Assembly: GCA_964543385.1 (NCBI GenBank)
Contig: CAZIYE010000001.1
Span: forward strand, 540,001 to 572,000
Source: an uncultured Candidatus Saccharibacteria bacterium
Lineage (GTDB): Bacteria > Patescibacteriota > UBA1384 > XYA2-FULL-43-10 > 1-14-0-10-43-13
Length of the DNA stretch: 32,000 nt
Direction: 5' to 3'
The notes under the pieces were generated by a model that was given only the letters and a program-made list of their open reading frames with translations, was not told the origin of the DNA and did no database searches. This document shows positions 23,578 through 32,000 of the stretch, piece after piece; within the stretch, counting starts at the first letter, position 1; every line of letters begins with the position of its first letter. The translations under genes and the position numbers were made by a program.

Positions 23578-26175
23578 ATGAATGGGAGGGAATACTCTTT
23601 TTACCAATGGCCAGTCAAAGATGTCGAAAAACATCTGGAAACTGATGTTACCAATGGTCTTAGCAACAGCAAGGCCTCTTTTCGTTTGCAAAAATATGGA
23701 CCAAATACTTTAGAAAAGTTTTCGGAGGTTTCTCCTTTTACCATTCTACTGCGACAGTTCACAAATCTATTTGTGATAATTTTATTCGCTGCCGGCATGA
23801 TCTCTTATTTTGTTGACGGTTTGGTTCAAGCATTTATTCTCTTTGCCATAGTTTGCATAAATGTTAGTCTCGGTTTTCTTCAGGAATATAAAGCAGAAAA
23901 ATCAATTACAGCTCTGAAAAAATCTTTCTTTTCAAATGCCAAGGTAATCAGGGATGGTAAAGTTATATTAGTTGATAGCAGAGAAATAGTCTTGGGAGAT
24001 ATTGTTACCTTTGAAGCGGGAGATAAAATTCCTGCAGATATGCGATTAGTAGATGAGGAATCTCTTCAAATAAATGAGTCATCCTTGACTGGAGAATCGA
24101 TGCCCGTAAGCAAGAGCAGTGATACACTGCCCATAGATACGAGTTTGGCGGATAGAAAAAATATGCTATTTGGCTCCACAACCGTTTTAAAAGGTCATGG
24201 AAAGGGCATAATCGTTAGTACCGGTGCAGGGACCGAATTCGGCAAGATTGCTAGCATGGTAGATAAAGCTGAAGATACAACTCCACTAGAAAAACAGATC
24301 GCATACATTGCTAAGGTTTTTTCCTTAATAGGTATAATTCTTGCAGTCATAATATTTGTGCTTGGTTATGCCCGTGGATATGAGGTATGGAAATTGTTAA
24401 CATTCACCATCGCCCTGTTGGTGGCTGTGGTGCCTGAGAGTCTGCCGACAGTTATAACACTGTCTCTTGCAACTGGAGTAACTCGAATGTCACATAAAAA
24501 GGCCATTGTAAGAAAGTTGTCAGTGATAGAGGCTCTTGGTTGTGTGGATACAATTGCGACAGACAAGACAGGGACTTTGACCAATAATGAATTAGAGTTA
24601 GAGATTATATCCGTCCTTGAGGATGGTAAATTAACACCAATAACTTTATCTGCAAATAATATTAACAAAGAATCCTTAGAAATTATCTATCAAAGCTTGG
24701 CTTGTTCTAATATCGATATGAATAACGAAAAAGAATATATAGGTGATCCTGTGGAGATAGCTATAGCCAAGCGGTTGCAATCGCTTGGAAAAACAAAAGA
24801 TTTCCAATCAAAGGGATATGAGCGCTTAATGGAGATTCCTTTCGATTCTGATAAAAAATATATGGCTGTCCTCACCAGTTTTGAAGGCAAAAAGTTTTTG
24901 ATTTCTAAGGGATCTCCTGAAAGAATTATAAAATTCTGTTCATTTAAATCCGATATCGGAAAAGAGCATATCTTGTCTGAGGCAGCACGTCTTAGCGGGT
25001 TGGGGTATAAGGTAATTGCTTTAGCTGAAAAAAATATTGGGAAACTTTCTAGCAGTATTCTGTCTGGTATGAAATTTTGTGCGCTTCTAGTGATGATCGA
25101 CGAGCCAGCTGAAGGAGTCAAAGAGGCGATTAGAAAAACAATATCTGCTGGGATCAGGCCAATTATTATTACTGGCGATCACCCCGAGACGGCAAAGTTT
25201 ATTGCTAATAAATTAGGTCTAAAAGTAACTGATGATGAGATCATTTCAGAAAAAGAATTCGAACGTCTAGATCGCGCAGAATTAATCAGGGCACTTGGCA
25301 AGGTAAAAGTTTTTGCTAGAGTGACTCCCTCAGATAAGATAAAGATCGTCAGAGTGCTCCAGGAGATGGGATATTCGGTTGCTGTCACCGGAGATGGTGT
25401 AAATGATGCCCCGGCCTTAAAAGAGGCTTCAGTGGGCATAGCAATGGGTATAAAAGGTACGGATGTTGCTCGTGAATCGTCAGATATCATTCTTTCTAAT
25501 GACCGATACAATACTATCGTGTCTGCCATAGAATATGGTCGGACTATTTACGATAATATCAGAAACATTGTTACCCAGCTTGTCTCTGGAAATTTCACTG
25601 AAATATTTTTAGTAATAGTGGCATTTATTTTCGGTCTACCGATGCCATTTGTGACTTTGCAAATCCTCTGGATCAATCTGATAATAGAAAGTTTTGCCGG
25701 CCTTTCTTTCAGTTTCGAAAAACCAAGTCCGAATGTATTAAGAAGCAAGCCCAGAATATCCGGCTCAAATTCGATGAGTAAATCTATTATTTATGCTTCA
25801 TATCTCGCTGCATCATCTTTTGCTGTCTCTCTTGTTCTCTTTCTATGGGGATTAAATTCTTCTGTATCCAAAGCCAGGACACTAGTATTCTTTTTTATAG
25901 TCTTCTCCCAACTTTGTTTTGCCCTGTCAATAAGATCCAAGAAGAGGATATGGGAAAGTCCAAAAAGCTTTATTGAGAACAAATATTTATTGATCTCGGT
26001 TATTGCCGCTGTACTTCTCCAGCTATCGCTTCTTTTTGAGCCAGTTGCCCAGATATTTAGTATTACTGTTCCTAATTTCAGGGAGTGGATTGTCCTATCT
26101 ATCGCAGTTATAATTACTTTCTTATTTGCCGAAATCATAAGAAGCAAACACGACAGCCACTTGCATAAACGTTGA
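23578..26175 (+). CDS. P-type cation-transporting ATPase (P2-type, Ca2+/cation pump-like)
   Basis: 865-aa ORF. It has an N-terminal Cation_ATPase_N-like region and the motifs TGES, DKTGTLTNN, TGDHPETA, VTGDGVNDAPALKEASVGIAMG and PESLP in TM4. Confidence 0.92.
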   Translation: MNGREYSFYQWPVKDVEKHLETDVTNGLSNSKASFRLQKYGPNTLEKFSEVSPFTILLRQFTNLFVIILFAAGMISYFVDGLVQAFILFAIVCINVSLGFLQEYKAEKSITALKKSFFSNAKVIRDGKVILVDSREIVLGDIVTFEAGDKIPADMRLVDEESLQINESSLTGESMPVSKSSDTLPIDTSLADRKNMLFGSTTVLKGHGKGIIVSTGAGTEFGKIASMVDKAEDTTPLEKQIAYIAKVFSLIGIILAVIIFVLGYARGYEVWKLLTFTIALLVAVVPESLPTVITLSLATGVTRMSHKKAIVRKLSVIEALGCVDTIATDKTGTLTNNELELEIISVLEDGKLTPITLSANNINKESLEIIYQSLACSNIDMNNEKEYIGDPVEIAIAKRLQSLGKTKDFQSKGYERLMEIPFDSDKKYMAVLTSFEGKKFLISKGSPERIIKFCSFKSDIGKEHILSEAARLSGLGYKVIALAEKNIGKLSSSILSGMKFCALLVMIDEPAEGVKEAIRKTISAGIRPIIITGDHPETAKFIANKLGLKVTDDEIISEKEFERLDRAELIRALGKVKVFARVTPSDKIKIVRVLQEMGYSVAVTGDGVNDAPALKEASVGIAMGIKGTDVARESSDIILSNDRYNTIVSAIEYGRTIYDNIRNIVTQLVSGNFTEIFLVIVAFIFGLPMPFVTLQILWINLIIESFAGLSFSFEKPSPNVLRSKPRISGSNSMSKSIIYASYLAASSFAVSLVLFLWGLNSSVSKARTLVFFFIVFSQLCFALSIRSKKRIWESPKSFIENKYLLISVIAAVLLQLSLLFEPVAQIFSITVPNFREWIVLSIAVIITFLFAEIIRSKHDSHLHKR

Positions 26176-26202
26176 TCTCTTAGGAGTACTTAATATAATA
26201 AG

Positions 26203-26233
26203 AAAAATCCCCCGATAACTCCGGGGGATTTCT
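26203..26233. terminator. Bidirectional intrinsic terminator between convergent ATPase and pyrG
   Basis: AAATCCCCCG (26205-26214) pairs with CGGGGGATTT (26222-26231) across a 7-nt loop. There are A-runs and T-runs on both sides. Confidence 0.75.
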
Positions 26234-26234
26234 T

Positions 26235-27878
26235 CTATTTACCTGCTGCTTTAACGAAAGCTATAAAAAGTGGATGAGGTCGGAGCGGGCGTGAAGCTAA
26301 CTCTGGATGGAACTGTACTCCGACGAAGAAAGGATGACTTTCTACTTCTACGATCTCTACTAGATCTCTTTCAGGATTAAGACCACCTATTCTGAGTCCT
26401 GCTTTGGTAAGCTGTTCCCTATAATCGTTATTAAACTCATAACGATGGCGATGGCGTTCAAGAATCACTGGGAATTCACCTGGGTAGTCCTTGGCTTTAT
26501 AAGCATCATATGAGATAGACCCTTTTTGCAGTTCACAAGCATATTCTCCTAGTCTCATAGAGCCGCCGAAGTCTTTCTTCCGAAGTTTCTCTTTTTGATC
26601 TTTCATAATGTGAATTACTGGGTATGGAGTTTTGGAATTTATCTCTTCAGTATGAGCGTCCTTCAGGCCGCAAACATTACGGGCGTATTCGATAGTTGCG
26701 ATTTGCATGCCATAGCAAAGGCCAAAATAGGGGATTTTATTCTCACGACAGTATTTTGCTACAGCAATTTTCCCTTCGATCCCACGTGAACCAAAACCTC
26801 CAGGCACGATTACGCCGTCAAGGCTTTTTAACTCTGTTAGCTTCTCGGGATCTTCCTCATATGTAGTAGAGGAGAGCCAGACCATTTCTGGCTTGAAGCC
26901 TTGAGACCAAGCAGCATGTTTGACCGCTTCAATAACTGAAATATAGGAGTCAGATAATATGAATTCTCCTGTTTCGAAATATTTTCCGATAACTCCGATC
27001 TTGATCGGTTTATTTGCTTTCTTTGATTTATCGACAAAAGCTCGCCATTCTACCAAGTCTTTCCGTCTTGGTTTCAAGTGTAATCTTTTCAAGATCTTCT
27101 CACCGAGCTGTTCATTCTCAAAATTAACCGGAATTTCATAAATAGAATCGACGTCGGGTGCTGAGACAGCATTTTCTGGCAATATTGAGCAGAATGTGGC
27201 TAACTTTTCACGTCTCCTATCATCGATTGGATATTCACTACGGCATAGTATAAAGTCCGGTTGAATACCACATGAGTTAAGCTCTCTAGAGGCATGTTGA
27301 GTCGGTTTTGTTTTCATCTCCCCAACTTTTGATGGTATTGGCAAATATGAAACTAATACAAAGATTACGTCATTTGGATGCTCGAGCTTCATCATGCGGG
27401 CAGCTTCCAGAAAAAGCAGGTTTTCATATTCACCTACAGTTCCACCTATTTCGACAATAGAAATTTCAGCCTTTGTTTTTAAAGAAGCAGTTTCTATTCT
27501 ATTGATTATTTCTTCAGGTACATGAGGCACGACCTGAACACATTTTCCACCATATTCAAGATTTCTTTCTTTATTGATTACGGATTGGTAAATACGTCCA
27601 GTGGTCATGTAATTCATCTTTGTAAGATCCTCTCCGATAAAACGCTCATAGTTACCCATGTCTTGATCGGTTTCGTCTCCATCTTTGGTTACAAAAACCT
27701 CACCATGTTCAGTTGGGTTCATAGTGCCAGCGTCAACATTTACATATGGATCAGCCTTGATTGCAGTTACGCAGAAGCCTTTTGATTTTAGTATTGTTCC
27801 TATAGATGCTGCTGCAATGCCCTTACCTACAGAGGACATAACACCGCCAACTACAAAGATGAATTTTTTCGAAGCCAT
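26235..27878 (-). CDS. pyrG: CTP synthase
   Basis: 547-aa ORF. It has the N-terminal GGVMSSVGKGI, the amidotransferase nucleophile GLCYGMQ, and HRHRYE. Confidence 0.97.
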   Translation of the reverse strand: MASKKFIFVVGGVMSSVGKGIAAASIGTILKSKGFCVTAIKADPYVNVDAGTMNPTEHGEVFVTKDGDETDQDMGNYERFIGEDLTKMNYMTTGRIYQSVINKERNLEYGGKCVQVVPHVPEEIINRIETASLKTKAEISIVEIGGTVGEYENLLFLEAARMMKLEHPNDVIFVLVSYLPIPSKVGEMKTKPTQHASRELNSCGIQPDFILCRSEYPIDDRRREKLATFCSILPENAVSAPDVDSIYEIPVNFENEQLGEKILKRLHLKPRRKDLVEWRAFVDKSKKANKPIKIGVIGKYFETGEFILSDSYISVIEAVKHAAWSQGFKPEMVWLSSTTYEEDPEKLTELKSLDGVIVPGGFGSRGIEGKIAVAKYCRENKIPYFGLCYGMQIATIEYARNVCGLKDAHTEEINSKTPYPVIHIMKDQKEKLRKKDFGGSMRLGEYACELQKGSISYDAYKAKDYPGEFPVILERHRHRYEFNNDYREQLTKAGLRIGGLNPERDLVEIVEVESHPFFVGVQFHPELASRPLRPHPLFIAFVKAAGK

Positions 27879-27967
27879 ATTTTTCCCAAGATTAAGAATT
27901 AAGAGCTAAGGATTAAGCTCATACACACAGCTTAACTCTTACTATCTTATCTCTAATCCAAACAAGC

Positions 27968-28004
27968 AAAAAACTCCGGACGCAATTTTTTTGGAGTTTT
28001 TTTT
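27968..28004 (-). promoter_or_regulatory. Terminator-like hairpin in the pyrG leader (possible attenuator)
   Basis: On the minus strand: AAAAAAAACUCC, a 15-nt loop, then GGAGUUUUUU. A TATAGT -10 candidate (28016-28011) lies just upstream. No upstream gene on either strand needs a terminator here. Confidence 0.4.
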
Positions 28005-28068
28005 GAGGATACTATATCGTATTTAATGCCATTTTACAGAATTGCCAGAAATAATGCAAGACCTAAGA

Positions 28069-28097
28069 TTGACACAACAACACTTATCTTATATAGT
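28069..28097 (+). promoter_or_regulatory. Near-consensus promoter of the small GC-rich transcript
   Basis: TTGACA (28069-28074), a 17-nt spacer, then TATAGT (28092-28097). Confidence 0.55.
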
Positions 28098-28138
28098 GTC
28101 AACACAACGAACCCCCGATCCATTCTGAAGGAGACACC

Positions 28139-28297
28139 ATGGGAACAAAGACCGACGCTGCTGATCACAGCCAACAAACCCTACCGCCGGATGTTGCGCC
28201 GGTGCACGACTCTGTACTTGCCGATGGCACTGTCATTAAGGGGAATGAAGAATCCCCTCAGTCAGTGTCGCCCGACAAGAAGCCAATTAGCGGCTAG
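28139..28297 (+). CDS. 52-aa acidic, Pro/Ser-rich peptide (below the ORF-track cutoff); about 60 % GC island gene
   Basis: AAGGAGA SD 4 nt before ATG 28139. Translation: MGTKTDAADHSQQTLPPDVAPVHDSVLADGTVIKGNEESPQSVSPDKKPISG. About 41 % of codons start with G, which is a coding signature. There is no signal peptide and no recognisable family. Confidence 0.45.
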   Translation: MGTKTDAADHSQQTLPPDVAPVHDSVLADGTVIKGNEESPQSVSPDKKPISG

Positions 28298-28321
28298 TCT
28301 GCTTGGCACGTTCTTTCTCTT

Positions 28322-28349
28322 GGGTCCCCGTCGCTTGCGCCGGGGACCC
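28322..28349 (+). terminator. GC-clamped hairpin after the 52-aa ORF
   Basis: GGGTCCCCG (28322-28330) pairs with CGGGGACCC (28341-28349) across a 10-nt loop. No adjacent U-run. Confidence 0.45.
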
Positions 28350-28372
28350 TTAGCTTATCCCTGTCTATTTTT

Positions 28373-28381
28373 TGGTATAAT
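28373..28381 (+). promoter_or_regulatory. Extended -10 element 9 nt upstream of the nucleotidyltransferase ATG
   Basis: TGgTATAAT (TATAAT at 28376-28381), with the ATG at 28391. There is no SD in between and no good -35. Confidence 0.35.
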
Positions 28382-28390
28382 CATCGCATA

Positions 28391-29068
28391 ATGAATCAAT
28401 ACAAAGATAAGTATTTAAAAAGAACAGTTAGATTCTCAGGGATTCTCCAATGTGTGCCATTTCTGCGTGCAATCATTCTAAATGGCTCTCTAGCAGGAGG
28501 TAATATTAAAGAAAGCTCTGATATAGATCTACTTATTATTGCAAGATCAGGGCGGATTTATACCACCAGATTCTTTGTTAATCTACTTGGTAATCTGCTG
28601 GGAGAAAAAAGATCGAAGAATGAAGAGAAGTCTCATGCTGGGAAGTTCTGCTTTAATTATTTTTTAACTGATGGTTATCTTAAAATCCCGACAGGTAGGG
28701 GAGAAAAGATGGACAAATATTGTGCGATGAATTATTCAAGAAGTGTCCTCCTTTGGGGTGATGATAAATTATTTGATAAGTTTCTTGCAATAAATAGTGA
28801 TTTGTTTGCAAAATTTGGTTGTTTTTCGTCATTAAATGATTCAAAAGAGCTAGAATATTATTTCCCAGCCAGAAGTATTACTTTTCTCTTGTTTATTAGA
28901 AAAATGCAAGAGATTGTTTTTGGCGGAATGTTTGGTAATTGGATTGAAAGAAGGCTTAAACATTTACAAATAAAAATGATAGAAAGTGACCCGAGAACTA
29001 GCAAATTTCCGAGTTTGATCGTCTATAATGATCAAGAAGCTCGCTTTCATCCACCAAAAAATCTTTAA
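28391..29068 (+). CDS. Pol-beta-superfamily nucleotidyltransferase domain protein
   Basis: 225-aa ORF. LNGSLAGGNIKESSDIDLLIIA matches the G[SG]-x(9-13)-DxD nucleotidyltransferase signature. Confidence 0.7.
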   Translation: MNQYKDKYLKRTVRFSGILQCVPFLRAIILNGSLAGGNIKESSDIDLLIIARSGRIYTTRFFVNLLGNLLGEKRSKNEEKSHAGKFCFNYFLTDGYLKIPTGRGEKMDKYCAMNYSRSVLLWGDDKLFDKFLAINSDLFAKFGCFSSLNDSKELEYYFPARSITFLLFIRKMQEIVFGGMFGNWIERRLKHLQIKMIESDPRTSKFPSLIVYNDQEARFHPPKNL

Positions 29069-29133
29069 AATAGTCCTTGACTAATGTTTGTTCAACTTGA
29101 CTTTTCGTGCTCATTTGCGCTAGTATAGGTTAT

Positions 29134-29174
29134 ACGGCAACGGTGTTATCCCCCTTACACTTGTTGCCGTTTTT
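29134..29174 (+). terminator. Intrinsic terminator of the nucleotidyltransferase gene
   Basis: ACGGCAAC..GGTGT pairs with ACAC(T)..GTTGCCGT and is followed by TTTTT (29170-29174). Confidence 0.7.
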
Positions 29175-29242
29175 AATATGAATTAATAGTAATAATGCAC
29201 AAAGTGAATTCATCGCTATCTCAATAAGAGATGAAAAAAGTA

Positions 29243-29272
29243 TTGACAAAAATGTAAAGTTTACTTTACAAT
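29243..29272 (+). promoter_or_regulatory. groESL promoter with embedded perfect palindrome (candidate operator)
   Basis: TTGACA (29243-29248), an 18-nt spacer, then TACAAT (29267-29272). TGTAAAGT-tt-ACTTTACA (29253-29270) spans the spacer and overlaps the -10. Confidence 0.55.
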
Positions 29273-29342
29273 TCCTTATGTATCAAGTCCTGATGTGGCT
29301 AACAATTGGGTCAATAGTAATAAGCAAAGAAAGGAAGATTTT

Positions 29343-29615
29343 ATGTTCAAACCACTAGCTGATAGGGTTTTAATCAAACCATTGGAAGCAGAAGTAAAAA
29401 CTAAGGGAGGAATCTACATCCCAGACACTGCCAAAGAAGCTCCTGATCAAGGAGAAGTTGTCGCTTTAGGAAACGGCAAGATGACTGATGGCAAGAAATA
29501 TGATTTTACCGTTAAAAAAGGTGATAAAGTAATTTTTAAATACGCTCAGGAGATCGAAGTTGATAATACTTCATATAAAATCTTAAAAGAAGAAGATATT
29601 TTAGGAATTATTTAA
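29343..29615 (+). CDS. groES: Co-chaperonin GroES
   Basis: [32 protein letters not shown]... gives 90 aa from ATG 29343, with an AAGGAAG SD. The track's upstream extension (from 29295) is unlikely. Confidence 0.95.
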   Translation: MFKPLADRVLIKPLEAEVKTKGGIYIPDTAKEAPDQGEVVALGNGKMTDGKKYDFTVKKGDKVIFKYAQEIEVDNTSYKILKEEDILGII

Positions 29616-29634
29616 TTTTTAGGGAAAGGATTAA

Positions 29635-31296
<1,662 letters not shown>

Positions 31297-31326
31297 AAGT
31301 ATATACGAATAAACTAATCTCACAAT

Positions 31327-31360
31327 AAAAGAAGACCCTCTCTATTTAGGGTCTTCTTTT
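31327..31360. terminator. Bidirectional intrinsic terminator after groEL / PRC-barrel gene
   Basis: AAAAGAAGACCCT (31327-31339) pairs with AGGGTCTTCTTTT (31348-31360) across an 8-nt loop. Confidence 0.85.
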
Positions 31361-31362
31361 AT

Positions 31363-31884
31363 TTAATTCGTTGAGATTGCATCTACTGTTGCCATTGAAC
31401 TTATTTTATTAGAGGTAAAATTGTCTTTTATTCTGATAATTTTTCCATTTATGGATATGACTTTGTCTGCGCTTATTATTCTTTCCGCAAAAAGGTGTTT
31501 GATATAAAACTTAACAATTGCAAGATTTCCAGTCTCAATTAGGAAGTCATATACATAACCGATATACGTGCCACTGCTCGTCTCAACTCTCTGATTTATA
31601 CCAAAGACTTTTCTTTTAATCAGCTTTTCTAACTGGATTGATTCGTCTAAATCTACAATTGACTCTATGTCATTTATCATAATCCCGTCCTTGAGAAGAT
31701 GAACAATATCAATATTAAGGACAAATTTATCCTTTTGAAAAGACCAAAAGGGCATATCTACCGCAATGGCCGCAATTGAGATTGAGCTATCGTCAATAAT
31801 GACTTCTGAGATTCGCCCTATTTTGGTTTGATCTCTTAATTCAGCGACCGTCGATCCAATAATAGAAGTATATCGAACTATCAT
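31363..31884 (-). CDS. Tandem PRC-barrel-like domain protein
   Basis: 173-aa ORF. Two copies of the pattern (G..V..l.d..kiGrisevIiD / V.tssGtyiGyVyDflie) are typical of PRC-barrel/YlmC-like proteins. By-eye assignment only. Confidence 0.45.
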   Translation of the reverse strand: MIVRYTSIIGSTVAELRDQTKIGRISEVIIDDSSISIAAIAVDMPFWSFQKDKFVLNIDIVHLLKDGIMINDIESIVDLDESIQLEKLIKRKVFGINQRVETSSGTYIGYVYDFLIETGNLAIVKFYIKHLFAERIISADKVISINGKIIRIKDNFTSNKISSMATVDAISTN

Positions 31885-31903
31885 CTATGCCTTAGTTAAT
31901 TTG

Positions 31904-31937
31904 TTATGGATTGATTTATTCTTTAATCAATCCATAA
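31904..31937. other. Perfect 13-bp inverted repeat hairpin downstream of efp
   Basis: TTATGGATTGATT (31904-31916) pairs with AATCAATCCATAA (31925-31937) across an 8-nt loop. No U-run follows on the minus strand. Confidence 0.5.
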
Positions 31938-31947
31938 ACATATAAAC

Positions 31948-32000
31948 CTAGGCTCTTTCTACGTAGCTTCCGTCGGAGGTGTTAACAACAATTTTATCGC
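31948..32000 (-). CDS. efp: Elongation factor P, C-terminal 17 codons only (5' part outside window)
   Basis: Reverse translation reads DKIVVNTSDGSYVERA-stop. This matches the conserved EF-P C-terminus pattern (xKIxVxTxxGxYxxRx). Confidence 0.55.
   Translation of the reverse strand, partial: DKIVVNTSDGSYVERA

Noticed and set aside
28026-28391. 121-aa ORF spanning island 3 and ending in a TAATG overlap with the NTase start
   Set aside because: It starts upstream of the predicted promoter and reads through the hairpin. It gives an Arg-rich, low-complexity peptide typical of an off-frame reading of GC-rich DNA. The 52-aa frame has the SD and the coding-like codon pattern.
29077-29126. Promoter-like TTGACT-18-TAGTAT immediately upstream of the terminator hairpin (a tiny sRNA?)
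   Set aside because: The transcript would be only the hairpin of about 40 nt. That hairpin is adequately explained as the terminator of the NTase gene ending 65 nt upstream.

Overview
AT-rich bacterial chromosome segment. Hand counts of single 60-nt lines give about 33 % GC in the envelope genes and about 47 % in conserved housekeeping genes. It uses the standard genetic code (TGA terminates normal-length ORFs) and is densely packed with about 30 genes. The content is mainly a cell-envelope and surface-glycan neighbourhood: GT2, two GT-C-like paralogues, GT4, a Wzx-type flippase, two O-antigen-ligase-like proteins, a DUF4012-like protein, cohesin- and dockerin-bearing surface proteins and a VanW protein. 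Interspersed are metK, pyrG, groES-groEL, the end of efp, a membrane H+-pyrophosphatase and a P-type ATPase. The mix resembles a small-genome, possibly CPR/Patescibacteria-like organism, but that taxonomy is inference only. I recognised no rRNA, tRNA, CRISPR array, transposase or integrase. Regulatory RNA and DNA visible by eye include a SAM-I riboswitch plus terminator in front of metK, several near-consensus sigma70-type promoters (many with a TGn extended -10) and several intrinsic terminators. The most unusual signal is three dispersed single-gene islands of about 60 % GC, at about 4.0-4.7 kb, 17.5-18.3 kb and 28.1-28.35 kb. Each has its own TTGACA-17-TAnnnT promoter lying in AT-rich DNA, a strong SD and a GC-clamped hairpin. 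They encode a Nudix-fold protein with a destroyed Nudix box, a lipoprotein and a 52-aa peptide. Other points worth follow-up: an operon pairing a membrane-anchored cohesin protein with a dockerin-tagged putative wall hydrolase; a 7-nt x4 tandem repeat inside the GT4 gene (possible phase variation); a perfect palindrome inside the groESL promoter in place of CIRCE; a terminator-like hairpin in the pyrG leader; and paired GTCAT-hairpin REP-like elements.
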